Under the pieces are notes generated by a model. It saw only the letters and a list, made by a program, of their open reading frames with translations. It did not search any database and was not told the origin of the DNA. A program made the translations under genes and the position numbers. Below are positions 49,901-62,346 of a stretch of 64,000 bases of DNA, in pieces. The stretch's first letter is position 1; each line of letters begins with the position of its first letter. The DNA comes from Ranitomeya imitator (Eukaryota), in the NCBI RefSeq assembly GCF_032444005.1, contig NC_091289.1, forward strand, positions 172,360,001-172,424,000. Direction: 5' to 3'.

Positions 49901-51102
49901 TCCCTGTACTGTGACATCACTGTGTATATTATCTCTGTACTGTGACATCACTGTGTATATTATCTTTGAACTGTGACATCATTGTGTTTATTAACCCGGT
50001 ACTGTGACATCACTGTGTATATTATCCCTGTACTGTGACATCACTGTGTGTATTATCCCTGTACTGTGACATCACTGTGTATATTATCCCTGTACTGTGA
50101 CATCACTGTGTATATTATCCCTGTACTGTGACATCACTGTGTATATTATCCCTGTACTGTGACATCACTGTGTATATTATCCCTGTAATGTGATAACACT
50201 GTGTTTATTATCCCTGTACTGTGACATCACTGTGTGTATTATCCCTGTACTGTGACATCATTGTGTTTATTATCCCTGTACTGTGACATCACTGTGTGTA
50301 TTATCCCTGTACTGTGACATCACTGTGTGTATTATCCCTGTACTGTGACATCACTGTGTATATTATCCCTGTACTGTGACATCACTGTGTATATTATCCC
50401 TGTACTGTGACATCACTGTGTATATTATCCCTGTAATGTGATAACACTGTGTTTATTATCTCTGTACTGTGACATCACTGTGTGTATTATCCCTGTACTG
50501 TGACATCATTGTGTTTATTATCCCTGTACTGTGACATCACTGTGTGTATTATCCCTGTACTGTGACATCACTGTGTGTATTATCCCTGTACTGTGACATC
50601 ACTGTGTATATTATCCCTGTACTGTGACATCATTGTGTTTATTATCCCTGTACTGTGACATCACTGTGTGTATTATCCCTGTACTGTGACATCACTGTGT
50701 GTATTATCCCTGTACTGTGACATCACTGTGTATATTATCCCTGTACTGTGACATCACTGTGTATATTATCCCTGTACTGTGACATCACTGTGTATATTAT
50801 CCCTGTACTGTGACATCACTGTGTATATTATCTCTGTACTGTGACATCACTGTGTATATTATCTTTGAACTGTGACATCATTGTGTTTATTATCTCTACT
50901 GTGACATCACTGTGTATATTATCCCTGTACTGTGACATCACTGTGTATATTATCCCTGTACTGTGACATCACTGTGTATATTATCCCTGTACTGTGACAT
51001 CACTGTGTATATTATCTCTGTACTGTGACATCACTGTGTATATTATCTTTGAACTGTGACATCATTGTGTTTATTATCTCTACTGTGACATCACTGTGTA
51101 TA
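43950..51102. repeat. 31-bp satellite array (~7.1 kb, ~230 copies)
   Basis: Unit CTGTGACATCACTGTGTGTATTATCCCTGTA with variants; diagnostic variants recur at a 1828-bp offset. Confidence 0.98.
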
Positions 51103-52878
51103 TCTATTACTGCACGCTGTCATCACGCTTCTCCAGTATTTGCAGTGCGATGCCATTTGGATACCTGCGGCCATCTAGACTCTTATCCCATGTCTCAGAA
51201 GAACTTTGAGAGAAGCTGTGGCAGGGTATACAGGACAGGGGATTTCGGCAGGTATGATGAGATTCGCAGTGCTCTGGTCGGAGGACAGAGATTACCAATT
51301 TGGCTGCTGGACCAGGACCCGGCTCTTGCGAATCCTTTTGATCATCTCCTCCATGTCCCCCGTAGCAGATTTGCTTTGATCCACCACTAATAAGAATTTG
51401 CAAAGTAAAACAAACCTAACCATATGCAGAATACGGATTGCGTTAAATACTTATTAAAACTAATGTACTTAACGTTTACATTTTCTCACACAGTTCAGAA
51501 AACAAATAGAAAATCGTATGTTTTTCTGACGGCTTTACTCCATACGATACGTTTAATTCCGAGTCCAGTGACGAATTTCCAATTTAAATTATCAAGTTCT
51601 CAAATTATAAGGACGGTGCTGGAACAAAGAACTCCTGTTTGGGTTTTTTTTCATGAAAAATGCAATTTATTTAGCCGCTACATTGCGGTATTATACGGCG
51701 GAAAGTCTGCGGACTGAAGAGCCCCGGCAATATATTTTAGATTGATTTAGTTTCATTAGTGCGTTCCCAGTGGAAGGACGGGAAAGTTCATTGAGAGGCA
51801 GTTGCTTGGTCCCTCTCAAAGCACAACGGGAATTATTCCATGAGAGCTCTCGCACGTGCTTCCCAACACGATATCCTTCAAAATTAAAAAGCCCTTAATT
51901 AAAGTCAAACATTTTTAATGCTTTTGAACTCAAATTTTTCAAGCGTATAATAAAAAAATTGATGCATAATGCCTCTTCCGATAGTACTCGAACACTAGAG
52001 CCACCTATTGGAAGTAGCAATCCTAAAAGTCAATAGGTGGCGCTAGAATTCTAGTCCACTTCTTCTCTGAAGAGGCAATTTGCATATTTAATTTCCCAGA
52101 GGATCATCATGCATGGCCTATAAGTCTCCTCACTCTGACATGCCTGGCCTGACTTGTCTCTCTCCATAAGAAGAAACGTTACCCATTAGATACGAATAAA
52201 AAATTAAAACAGAGTTGTAAGAGTTTTTCTTTTAAAGTATTTTCATCAATCAAAATTCGTCATCAATATGTTCAGCTGCATGGGGGATGCACAAAGGACG
52301 TGAAGGGCAGAGCTGGGTGTAAAGGGGTCCAAGACCTTCCAGGAGGGATTTAATAGGTGATGATGTCATCCTAGAGTTCATATGATGTCACAGATTGACA
52401 TCATGTCTGTACATCAAAGTAGGCACTGGACTGGTAGTCAAACCTGATCTCATATGACCCACCTAGCCAGTACTGAAGGGGGGAAATGTTTGGGGTGTGA
52501 TTGTAAGCTGGGGTCAAACAACATGCTAAAGTGTAATATTGTTGACAAGTATGCATTATATGTGCAGAAAAACACATACTGCTGGCTGGATCTAATAAGA
52601 GGGCTAAGATGGCAGTCATGGAGTCATTGTTAGAAAGCTTCACACTTCCTTATGATTAGGCTAGAGGGATTCCAAGGGCTGACAGAGGAAGCCCTCTCCC
52701 TCTGTCAAACCGCTTAGACACCGTTGTCGCTACTGATAGCAGCATCTAAGGGGTTAAACTGCATTGACCAGTGTTCCCACCAATCCCTACAGTTTTACCA
52801 GTCAGCCGATTGGGCCGGGTACTGCCTCATGTAATCAGCATGATGGGCATATTTCTGCCAAATCTTGGAGCGTTAGAC

Positions 52879-53061
52879 CACGTTCAGTATTTGGTCAGTG
52901 TTTTACACCAGTGTATGGAAGCCAAAACCAGGAGTGGAACAATCAGGGGAAACATATCAAAGAAACACGTCACCACTTCTGGATTTATCACCCACTCCTG
53001 GTTTTGGCGCACAAATACTGATGTGAAATACTGACCAAATACTGAACGTGTGAAGACGGCC
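52879..53061. mobile_element. Palindromic MITE (Harbinger-like)
   Basis: Arms CACGTTCAGTATTTGGTCAGT / ACTGACCAAATACTGAACGTG plus inner AAAACCAGGAGTGG / CCACTCCTGGTTTT. Confidence 0.5.
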
Positions 53062-53912
53062 CGAGGGGTTAACGAAGCCTTTTCTTTGTAGGTACTGTTG
53101 TAATTAATAAGGTATACTCATTAGCATTTACAATTAGGACAGGAAGGAGCCGCAGTTTATCATTCAGCAGTCGATACCTGAATTATAAGGTGACAATTTT
53201 TCAGCTCCAACGAGCATCTCTAGTTATTGGCGCCTTGTCACAGCGTACATTAAACTTTGATCCATAGCCTGTCCGCGATCTGTTCAAGATGGATGATAGT
53301 GGGACCAGGCCAAGAAAATACAAAGGTGCCTAAAACTACACAGTTCAGAATAGTGTAAGATACAAAGCAATCGGTGTCAGGTGGTATTTCAAGTCTAAAT
53401 TTGCTCTTGGCAGCAGATCCTCAACTTAAATTAGTAATTTAGTGGCTTTAAAAGACATTATTGGGGAGTTCAGAATCAGAATTAATAAAATGGCTGGATC
53501 CTCATCTAGCAGCCACAGCGTGGATTTGATGCAAAGTCTGTTAATTTTAATAGGAATTTTGTAATGCTCGATGTATCCACCGGGGGCGCTGCAGGGAAAC
53601 TGGACACTTGTTGCTTGTATCACCCAATGATATTGCAGCTGAGTTTCTTATGGGACGCCTGATAATCAACTGCAAAACAGTCAGTCTTGTAAGCATTCTG
53701 TAGAAAACAAAGGTTAATATTCTGCAAATCAGTCCCATTGGCTGGCTGGAAGATGTCTGATGCCCCACCCCTTTCACAAAGAGGGTTGGGCTTAGTGATC
53801 TACAGCAGACAGAATGGTGGGGGGAGGCTCCTGCTGCAGCCAGTTGTCTTGCAGCTCTACACTGACTGGACACTGAAAAAGGTGGAGACGGCTGAGGATA
53901 CACAGAAAATAA

Positions 53913-53947
<35 letters not shown>

Positions 53948-53948
<1 letters not shown>

Positions 53949-54754
53949 TAGCTGTACTACCCGGCTTCGCCCGGGTTAATAACTGCTGTAAGCAAAATAG
54001 AATGTGTTAACAAAAATTTATTCTGCACACAAAAACCACAAAACAAATAGATAGAAATGTAATTATTAAAAGGCAAAAAGTAAGATAATATAAGCATTTT
54101 ACAACATATATTTCACCACCAGAGATATTCCACACAGATTTAACTAAATTGGCCAAGTTGCAACTTTTGTGCATGTGGCAATTTTTCCGCGTGTGCAAGT
54201 GTTGCGTGTGGCGAGTTTTCCTTGAGGTGAGTTTTGCATGTGTAGCGAGTTTTGCGTGAGCCTAGTTTTGCATGTGGCGAATTTGGCGTGTGGCGAGTTT
54301 TGAGCGGTGACTTTTGTGTTTCAACTTTTATGTGGCGAGGTTGGTGTATTTGTGGTGAAATGTGCGCTGAGGGTGGTATATGTGTTCAAGCACGTGGTAG
54401 TGTGTGTCGCATTTTGTGTGTGTGTTCATATCCCGGTGTGTGGCGAGTATCCCATGTCGGGGCCCCACCTTAGCATCTGTACGGTATATTCTCTTTGGCG
54501 CCATCGCTCTTGTTCTTTAAGTCCCCTTTGTTCACATCTGGCAGCTGCCTTTTTCCCCTGTATGTAGATAGGGGCAAAATTGTTTGGTGAATTGGAACGC
54601 GCGGGGTTAAAATTTCACCTCACAACATAGCCTATGACGCTCTTGGGGTCCAGACGTGTGACTGTGCAAAATTTTGTGGCTGTAGCTGCGACGGTGCAGA
54701 TGCCAATCCCGGACATACATACACACATACACACATTCAGCTTTATATATTAGA
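53948..54754 (-). mobile_element. Non-autonomous Helitron (element E, 807 bp), different family
   Basis: Reverse strand a^TCTAATATATAAAGCTG ... ACCCGG/CCGGGT hairpin ... CTAG^t, inserted in a (TA)n tract. Confidence 0.85.
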
Positions 54755-55489
54755 TATATATATATATATTTGTAATATGAAACAAAATAGAATTATAGAA
54801 ATGAATTAGATTAAGGAAAGTGATTTTCTTTTATTATTTTTTTGTGCATTTTAATAAACACTTTGTCCCAAATTCAATATTTCTACATAATTCTGATAAT
54901 TATGCTACATTTACCACTATTATGTAGCACTATGTGATACTGTAGACTAAGCTCAACGAGAAGGTCTTCGAGAGGTCACGGAGATGAATGATCATATAAT
55001 GAACAATCATCAGGCATAATTATATTGATTTTCGCACAAGTACTCGACAAGTGTTACTTCTTCTCTGTAATTACGCTTATTATTTCTCTATCATTAATAA
55101 ATCAATTGTAGAAAAAAGCTGAGAGTCATATAAGTGCGGCCAGAACTTTAATGTGTCACATCTCAGCGCTCTGCATGGGGTGAACTTTGAACTATTCGAT
55201 AAACTTTAATTTTTTCCGGCATTGACATCTTATAAAGTGCAGGTTATGCTGCAGGAAAAAAAACTTATTGTAATAGATCTGGGGTGAGGATGATTGTTGG
55301 GTGCTGGGAAGATGCTTGGATTGATCAGTTTGGGTGTCAGGAGGGATCTCCATGTGCCGCTCTGATAACTTCGATGTGATAGTAATGGGTTAATCAGCTT
55401 TCTAAACTCAGTTGTTTATATGAAGAATACATTCAATGTGAGACGGGTTTTTCAAACGGAATGATTCCACTGCAATTTTGCAAATGCAA

Positions 55490-55960
55490 TTTTGACCCTG
55501 ATTCCAGCAATGTGTCACTTACTAGGCTGCTTGCTGTAGTTTTGATAAAATCACAGTTTTATCAGCAGAAGATTATCACTAGAGGACTATTTGCCTGCTG
55601 GCAGTTAGTCAAGCCATGCCCTCACCACTGATTGGCTGCTTACTGCCTATGTACAGCTGACACAGAAAGCAGCCAATCAGTGGTGTGAGTGGAGTTATAT
55701 ATAGCTCAGCATTCAGAGAACTGGTAGATCTGCAGAACAATGATTTTAACAAAACTATAACACGTAGCCCAGAAAGTGACACATCACTGTGTTCACTAAG
55801 CAAAGGCAGAAAGCTGCCAATCAGTGGTGGGGCAGGGTTAGACACAGCTCATGACTATGGAGGACAACATGGCAGGAGGTATACTAGTCCTCCAGTGATA
55901 ATCTCCTGCTAATAAAACTGTGATTTTAGCAAAACTACAGAAAGTAGCCCAGTTGAGGGC
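55490..55960. mobile_element. MITE remnant with long inverted arms
   Basis: TGTAGTTTTG...AAAATCACAGTTTTAT...GATTATCACT...GAGGACTA mirrored at ~55885-55945; termini degenerate. Confidence 0.45.
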
Positions 55961-57442
55961 ATACGGTTGGAATTTTTTTTTCTTTTTTTGCATTTAGCAA
56001 CACTTTTTCCCAATGTCTGGCAATTTTTGGTTTAGGGGTATAAGTTAAACTTGAAAAATCACTTTCTTGCAAAACATTGTCTTTCCAGTGCACAGGTTCT
56101 ACATGGCATTGCAGATAAGTTCCATAATGGATCTGAGCTGCAATAATAAACAGAAACCTTGTATATGTGTGTAAAAATACAGCAATGTTTTCCAGATCCC
56201 GTTAATACAGTACATTTACTTTCATAGTTGCCACGACTTAATAGTACATCGCTCAGTGACAAAAGGTTTGATAGCCCAACGTGTAATTTATAAAGCAAAT
56301 GCAATATTCTGAAGGCTGCTTACAACAAGCTGGAACAGGCTTATTTGTGCAACATTTCAGGTTACGGTATTATCTCATTATGCTTTTATTACTATATATA
56401 TATATATATATACCGCATTGCATTGCACATATATCTGCGTTCAATGGAAAATATGTTTTTGCAAGAATGATGTAGGATGGAGTCTTATTGTCTTTCTCAT
56501 GTAAGAACAGAAAAGCCCAAGGACAATGCTGACTTCGTTATCTGAGTGAGAACAATGTGTTCATCTATCAGTCATAAAATGAACTTTGAAAACTGAACAT
56601 TTTTGGGGTTTCGATGTTCACATAATCCCCACAGTTTTCAATGAAATGCTGCGCTCTTTGGGGTGCAAGGGAGACTTCTTTATAACTATGGGGTCGCCCC
56701 CATGCGCACGTGTTTCTTCTGATCTTTCATCTTTATTGATTCCTTTATAATTATTATTCTTATTCTAGATAAAGTTATTTTTTATTCAAATAACCCGTGA
56801 AGACCGGATCTTTGCTGGAAGCGCAACTTTCTATATCACCTCCAAAACTAAAATCAGCAGGTTTTAATGATTTATTTCCAATGCATAGTATCGTTTTTGA
56901 TGATAACCCTTTCCGGTAACAATTGCAGTCGCCGAGGATGCAACCGCAACCGGACCCATATGGAAGGGTGTCACCAACGCCAGCGTCTGCTTCGCCTGGA
57001 TGAGCGTCCTCAGACATACATTCAGATGAAATGTATTGTGGTGCAGAGACCCGCTGGCTCCCTACACTGCAATACACAATGCCGACCAATCAGCATACAT
57101 CAGTTTGCCCATGATGGGCGGTGAATGGCAGTGACCTTATGGGCAGCCCATGTCGATATGCAGAAGTCAGCCACCGGCCTTGGTCCTCGTCTGTTGTGGC
57201 CTGCTGACATATATAGAGTTTCAATACTAAAGACAGACCATCCTGATTGCTAATGCTACTTGTTTTTTATTATTAAAACCTATAAGAGAAAAAAGTAAGC
57301 AAAAACCCTGATGTAGCTAAGTAAAAAAGCAAAAGTGCATTTAAATAACACAGAGCTTTTAGTAACACTGTTTTCTGATCAAAAAATAGCACAAAAGCCA
57401 GCCCAACACATCAAGGTAACTCTGATCGGGACAGTCCTACAC

Positions 57443-58258
57443 TGTTGTGAATTCTGTGGTCAAGCTCCCTCCTGTGGTCATGAGTGGTACTTCGGCTGGT
57501 TCTGTCTATGAGCTTCCTCTGGTGGATGTGAGTGGGGCTGCGGCTTCTGAGTTTCCTTCCTCAGGTGACGAGGTTAAGTTGTTAGGTGCTGCTCTACTTA
57601 ACTCCACCTAGTTCTTTGTTCCTGGCCTCCAGTCAATGTTCCAGTATTGGCCTTGCTATCTCCTGGATCGTTCCTGTGGCCTGTCTGCCTTGCATGAGCT
57701 AAGTTTTGCTTATGTTACTTTTGTTGCTATATTTTCTGTCCAGCTTGCTATATTAGTTTTTCTTGCTTGCTGGAAGCTCTGAGACGCAGAGGGAGCACCT
57801 CCGTACCGTTAGTCGGTGCGGAGGGTCTTTTTGTCCCCTCTGCGTGGTTGTTAGTAGGTTTTTGTGCTGACCGCAAAGCTATCTTTCCTATCCTCGTTCT
57901 ATTCAGTAAGTCGGGCCTCACTTTGCTAAAATCTATTTCATCTCTGTGTTTGTATTTTCATCTTACTCACAGTCATTATATGTGAGGGGCTGCCTTTTCC
58001 TTTGGGGAATTTCTCTGAGGCAAGGTAGGCTTATTTTTCTGTCTTCAGGGCTAGCTAGTTTCTCAGGCTGTGACGAGGCGCCTAGGTTCTGGTCAGGAGC
58101 GCTCCACGGCTACCTTTAGTGTGGTATGATAGGATTAGGGATTGCGGTCAGCAGAGTTCCCACGTCTCAGAGCTCGTCCTATGTTTGTATCTAAACAGGT
58201 CACTAGTGTGCTCTTAACCACTAGGTCCATTGTGGTTCTGAATCACCAGTTCATTACA
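57443..58258 (+). mobile_element. 5' LTR of Ty3/gypsy element 1 (816 bp)
   Basis: TGTTGTGAATTCTGTGG ... TTACA; followed by TGGAGGCCC (58263-58271), a possible short tRNA-Thr primer-binding site (from memory of tRNA 3' ends; unverified). Confidence 0.88.
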
Positions 58259-58394
58259 GTACTGGAGGCCCAAAGTACTAATGCTTCTCAATAGAGGGAA
58301 AAGAGAAGTTCTGAGACCATTTTTTTTTCTTTGCACTGTGTTTTGTCTCTCTTTTCCCCTAGACATTTGGGTGGTTCAGAACACAGGTGTAGTG

Positions 58395-60440
58395 ATGGAC
58401 ATTAAAGGTCTGTCTTCTTGTGTGGATAATCTCTCTGCAAGAGTACAAAATATTCAAGACATTATGGTTCAGAAATCTATGTTAGAACCTAAAATTCCTA
58501 TTCCTGAGTTATTTTTTGGAGATAGAGAGAAGTTTCTGAATTTCAAAAATAATTGCAAACTGTTTCTGGCTTTGAAACCTCGCTCCTCTGGTGACCCAGT
58601 ACAACAAGTTAAGATCATTATTTCTTTATTACGTGGCGACCCTCAAGATTGGGCATTTTCCCTTGCACCAGGAGATCCTGCATTATGTAATATTGATGTG
58701 TTTTTTCTGGCGCTCGGATTGCTGTATGATGAACCTAATTCAGTGGATCAGGCAGAGAAAAATTTGCTGGCTCTGTGTCAGGGTCAGGATGAGGTAGAGA
58801 TATATTGTCAGAAGTTTAGGAAGTGGTCTGTGCTCACTCAATGGAATGAATGCGCGCTGGCAGCAATTTTCAGAAAGGATCTCTCTGAAGCCCTTAAGGA
58901 TGTCATGGTGGGATTTCCTATACCTGCTGGTCTGAATGAGTCTATGTCTTTGGCCATTCAGATCGGTCGACGCTTGCGTGAGCGTAAAACTGTGCACCAT
59001 TTGGCGGTATTATCTGAGCATGTACCTGAGCCTATGCAGTGCGATAGGACTTTGACCAGAGCTGAACGGCAAGAACACAGACGTCAGAATGGACTGTGTT
59101 TTTATTGTGGTGATTCCACTCATGCTATCTCCGATTGTCCTAAGCGCACTAAGCAGTTCGCTAGGTCTGCCACCATTGGTACTGTACAGTCGAAATTTCT
59201 TTTGTCAGTTACTTTGATCTGCTCTTTGTCATCCTATTCCATCATGGCATTTGTGGATTCAGGCGCTGCCCTGAATTTGATGGACTTGGAGTTTGCCAGG
59301 CGCTGTGGGTTTTTCTTGGAGCCCTTGCAGCATCCTATTCCATTGAGAGGAATTGATGCTGCGCCTTTGGCCAAGAATAAGCCTCAGTACTGGACCCTGC
59401 TGACCATGTGCATGGCTCCTGCGCATCAGGAGGATATTCGCGTTTTGGTGTTGCATAATCTGCATGATGTGGTCGTGTTGGGGTTGCCATGGCTACAAGT
59501 TCATAACCCAGTATTGGATTGGAAATCAATGTCTGTGTCCAGCTGGGGTTGTCAGGGGGTACATGGTGATGTTCCATTTCTGTCTATTTCATCATCCACC
59601 CCTTCTGAGGTCCCAGAGTTCTTGTCGGATTACCAGGATATATTTGATGAGCCCAAGTCCAGTGCCCTATCTCCGCATAGGGATTGTGATTGTGCTATCG
59701 ATTTGATTCCTGGTAGTAAGTTTCCTAAAGGTCGACTGTGTAATTTGTCTGTACCTGAGCACGCCGCTATGCGCAGTTACGTAAAGGAATCCTTGGAGGA
59801 GGGGGTAATTTTGTCTGCCATCTCCCCTGATTTGCGGCGGGTGCTGCAGAAGTTTCAGGCTGATAGACCTGACCGTTGCCCAGCGGAGAAACTGTTTGTC
59901 CCTGATAAATGGACGAGTAGAGTTATCTCTGAGGTTCATTGTTCGGTGTTGGCTGGTCATCCTGGAATCTTTGGTACCAGAGATTTGGTGGCTAGATCCT
60001 TTTGGTGGCCGTCTCTGTCGCGGGATGTGCGTTCATTTGTGCAGTCCTGTGGGATTTGTGCTCGGGCTAAGCCCTGCTGTTCTCGTGCCAGTGGGTTGCT
60101 TTTGCCCTTGCCAGTCCCGAAGAGGCCCTGGACACATATCTCTATGGATTTTATTTCGGATCTCCCCGTGTCTCAAAAAATGTCGGTCATTTGGGTTGTT
60201 TGTGATCGCTTCTCTAAGATGGTCCATTTGGTACCCTTGTCTAAATTGCCTTCCGCCTCTGATTTGGTGCCATTGTTCTTTCAGCATGTGGTTCGTTTAC
60301 ATGGCATTCCGGAGAATATTGTTTCTGACAGAGGTTCCCAGTTTGTGTCGAGGTTTTGGCGAGCCTTTTGTGCTAGGATGGGCATTGATTTGTCTTTTTC
60401 CTCGGCTTTCCATCCTCAGACAAATGGCCAGACTGAATGA
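58395..60440 (+). CDS. Gypsy Gag-protease-integrase fusion lacking RT/RNase H; ends at a premature TGA
   Basis: [14 protein letters not shown] zinc knuckle, FVDSGA protease, then YVKESLE|EGVILSA junction, integrase H2C2 (HCSVLAGHPG...CGIC) and DDE core (ISMDFI...SDRG). First ATG at 58395. Confidence 0.9.
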   Translation: MDIKGLSSCVDNLSARVQNIQDIMVQKSMLEPKIPIPELFFGDREKFLNFKNNCKLFLALKPRSSGDPVQQVKIIISLLRGDPQDWAFSLAPGDPALCNIDVFFLALGLLYDEPNSVDQAEKNLLALCQGQDEVEIYCQKFRKWSVLTQWNECALAAIFRKDLSEALKDVMVGFPIPAGLNESMSLAIQIGRRLRERKTVHHLAVLSEHVPEPMQCDRTLTRAERQEHRRQNGLCFYCGDSTHAISDCPKRTKQFARSATIGTVQSKFLLSVTLICSLSSYSIMAFVDSGAALNLMDLEFARRCGFFLEPLQHPIPLRGIDAAPLAKNKPQYWTLLTMCMAPAHQEDIRVLVLHNLHDVVVLGLPWLQVHNPVLDWKSMSVSSWGCQGVHGDVPFLSISSSTPSEVPEFLSDYQDIFDEPKSSALSPHRDCDCAIDLIPGSKFPKGRLCNLSVPEHAAMRSYVKESLEEGVILSAISPDLRRVLQKFQADRPDRCPAEKLFVPDKWTSRVISEVHCSVLAGHPGIFGTRDLVARSFWWPSLSRDVRSFVQSCGICARAKPCCSRASGLLLPLPVPKRPWTHISMDFISDLPVSQKMSVIWVVCDRFSKMVHLVPLSKLPSASDLVPLFFQHVVRLHGIPENIVSDRGSQFVSRFWRAFCARMGIDLSFSSAFHPQTNGQTE

Positions 60441-61241
60441 ACCAATCAGACCTTGAAAACATATCTGAGATGTTTTGTTTCTGCCGATCAGGATGATTGG
60501 GTGTCCTTTTTGCCTTTGGCTGAGTTCGCCCTTAATAATCGGGCCAGCTCGGCTACTTTGGTTTCGCCGTTTTTCTGCAATTCCGGCTTCCATCCTCGTT
60601 TCTCTTCAGGGCAGGTTGAGTCTTCTGACTGTCCTGGTGTGGATACTGTGGTGGATAGGTTGCAGCAGATTTGGACTCATGTGGTGGACAATTTGACATT
60701 GTCTCAGGAGAAGGCTCAGCGTTTCGCTAATCGCAGGCGCTGTGTGGGTCCCCGACTTCGTGTTGGGGATCTGGTTTGGTTATCTTCTCGTCATATTCCT
60801 ATGAAAGTTCCCTCTCCTAAGTTTAAGCCTCGTTTCATTGGTCCCTATAGGATTTCTGAGGTTCTTAATCCTGTGTCTTTTCGTTTGACCCTTCCAGCTT
60901 CTTTTTCCATCCATAACGTGTTCCATAGGTCATTGTTGCGGAGATACGTGGCACCTGTGGTTCCGTCTGTTGATCCTCCTGCCCCGGTTTTGGTTGAGGG
61001 GGAGTTGGAGTATATAGTGGAGAAGATTTTGGATTCTCGTATTTCGAGACGGAAACTCCAGTACCTGGTTAAGTGGAAGGGTTATGGTCAGGAAGATAAT
61101 TCCTGGGTCTTTGCCTCTGATGTTCATGCTGCCGATCTGGTTCGTGCCTTTCATTTGGCTCATCCTGGTCGGCCTGGGGGCTCTGGTGAGGGTTCGGTGA
61201 CCCCTCCTCAAGGGGGGGGTTGTTGTGAATTCTGTGGCTGA
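60441..61241 (+). pseudogene. Integrase C-terminus with GPY/F motif and chromodomain (same frame, after the premature stop)
   Basis: AEFALNN, KFKPRFIGPY, VFHRSLL, EYIVEKILDSR...QYLVKWKGYGQEDNSWV; polypurine tract AAGGGGGGGG at 61210-61219. Confidence 0.9.
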
Positions 61242-62214
61242 ATTCACTCCTGTGGTCACAAGTGGTACTGCAGCCTCTGGGCTTTCTCCCTCAGGTGTTC
61301 TGGTGAGCTCGTTGGCTGCCTTGTTATTTAACTCCACCTGATTCTGTCTTCCTTGCTCCTTGTCAATGTTCCAGTGTTGGATCTGAGCTCCTGGATCTTT
61401 CCTGTGGCCTGCTGCTCTGCTAGATAAGTGCTTCTTTGTTTTTGTTGCTGTTTTTTCTGTCCAGCTTGTCTATTCATTTTTTGCTGGAAGCTCTGAGACG
61501 CAAAGGGTGTACCGCCGTGCCGTTAGTTCGGCACGGTGGGTCTTTTTGCCCCCTTTGCGTGGTTTTTGCTTTAGGGTTTTTTGTAGACTGCATAGTTCTC
61601 TTTGCTATCCTCGCTCTGTCTAGAATATCAGGCCTCACTTTGCTGAATCTATTTCATTCCTACGTTTTGTCTTTTCATCTTGCTAACAGTCATTATATGT
61701 GGGGGGCTGCCTTTTCCTTTGGGGTGGAAGCTCTGAGACGCAAAGGGTGTACCGCCGTGCCGTTAGTTCGGCACGGTGGGTCTTTTTGCCCCCTTTGCGT
61801 GGTTTTTGCTTTAGGGTTTTTTGTAGACTGCATAGTTCTCTTTGCTATCCTCGCTCTGTCTAGAATATCAGGCCTCACTTTGCTGAATCTATTTCATTCC
61901 TACGTTTTGTCTTTTCATCTTGCTAACAGTCATTATATGTGGGGGGCTGCCTTTTCCTTTGGGGTATTTCTCTGAGGCAAGTCAGGCTTGTATTTCTATC
62001 TTCAGGCTAGTCAGCTCCTCAGGCTGTGCCGAGTTGCATAGGTAGTGATAGGCGCAATCCACAGCTGCCTTTAGTTGTGTTAGAATAGGTTCAGGTATTG
62101 CGGTCTACAGAGTTTCCACGTCTCAGAGCTCGTTCTATTGTTTTTGGGTTATTGTCAGATCACTGTATGTGCTCTGATTACTGCACACTGTGTTACCTGA
62201 TTGCCTACACAACA
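61221..62214 (+). mobile_element. Central LTR shared by gypsy elements 1 and 2 (994 bp, including a 240-bp duplication)
   Basis: Preceded by the polypurine tract, TGTTGTGAATTCTGTGG ... CAACA, followed by a second gag leader. Confidence 0.88.
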
Positions 62215-62346
62215 GTACAAGGAGCCAAACCTATGATTCTCAATAGAGGGAAAAAAGAAGTCCTGACATCATTTTTTTTTCTCAGCTCTGTCTTCAGTCT
62301 TTTTTTTCCCCTAGACATTAGGGTGCTTCAGGACACAGCTGTGGAC

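Noticed and set aside
43950-51102. CRISPR-like array (31-bp period)
   Set aside because: Head-to-tail units without unique spacers, no cas genes, vertebrate context; the same applies to the 74-bp array.
56775-57124. Overlapping 85-104-aa ORFs in a GC-richer island
   Set aside because: No recognisable motif in any frame and no convincing donor/acceptor pair.
58281-58394. N-terminal extension of gypsy Gag in the ORF track
   Set aside because: Starts at a non-ATG codon in the leader; element 2 has no equivalent open frame; the first ATG is 58395.
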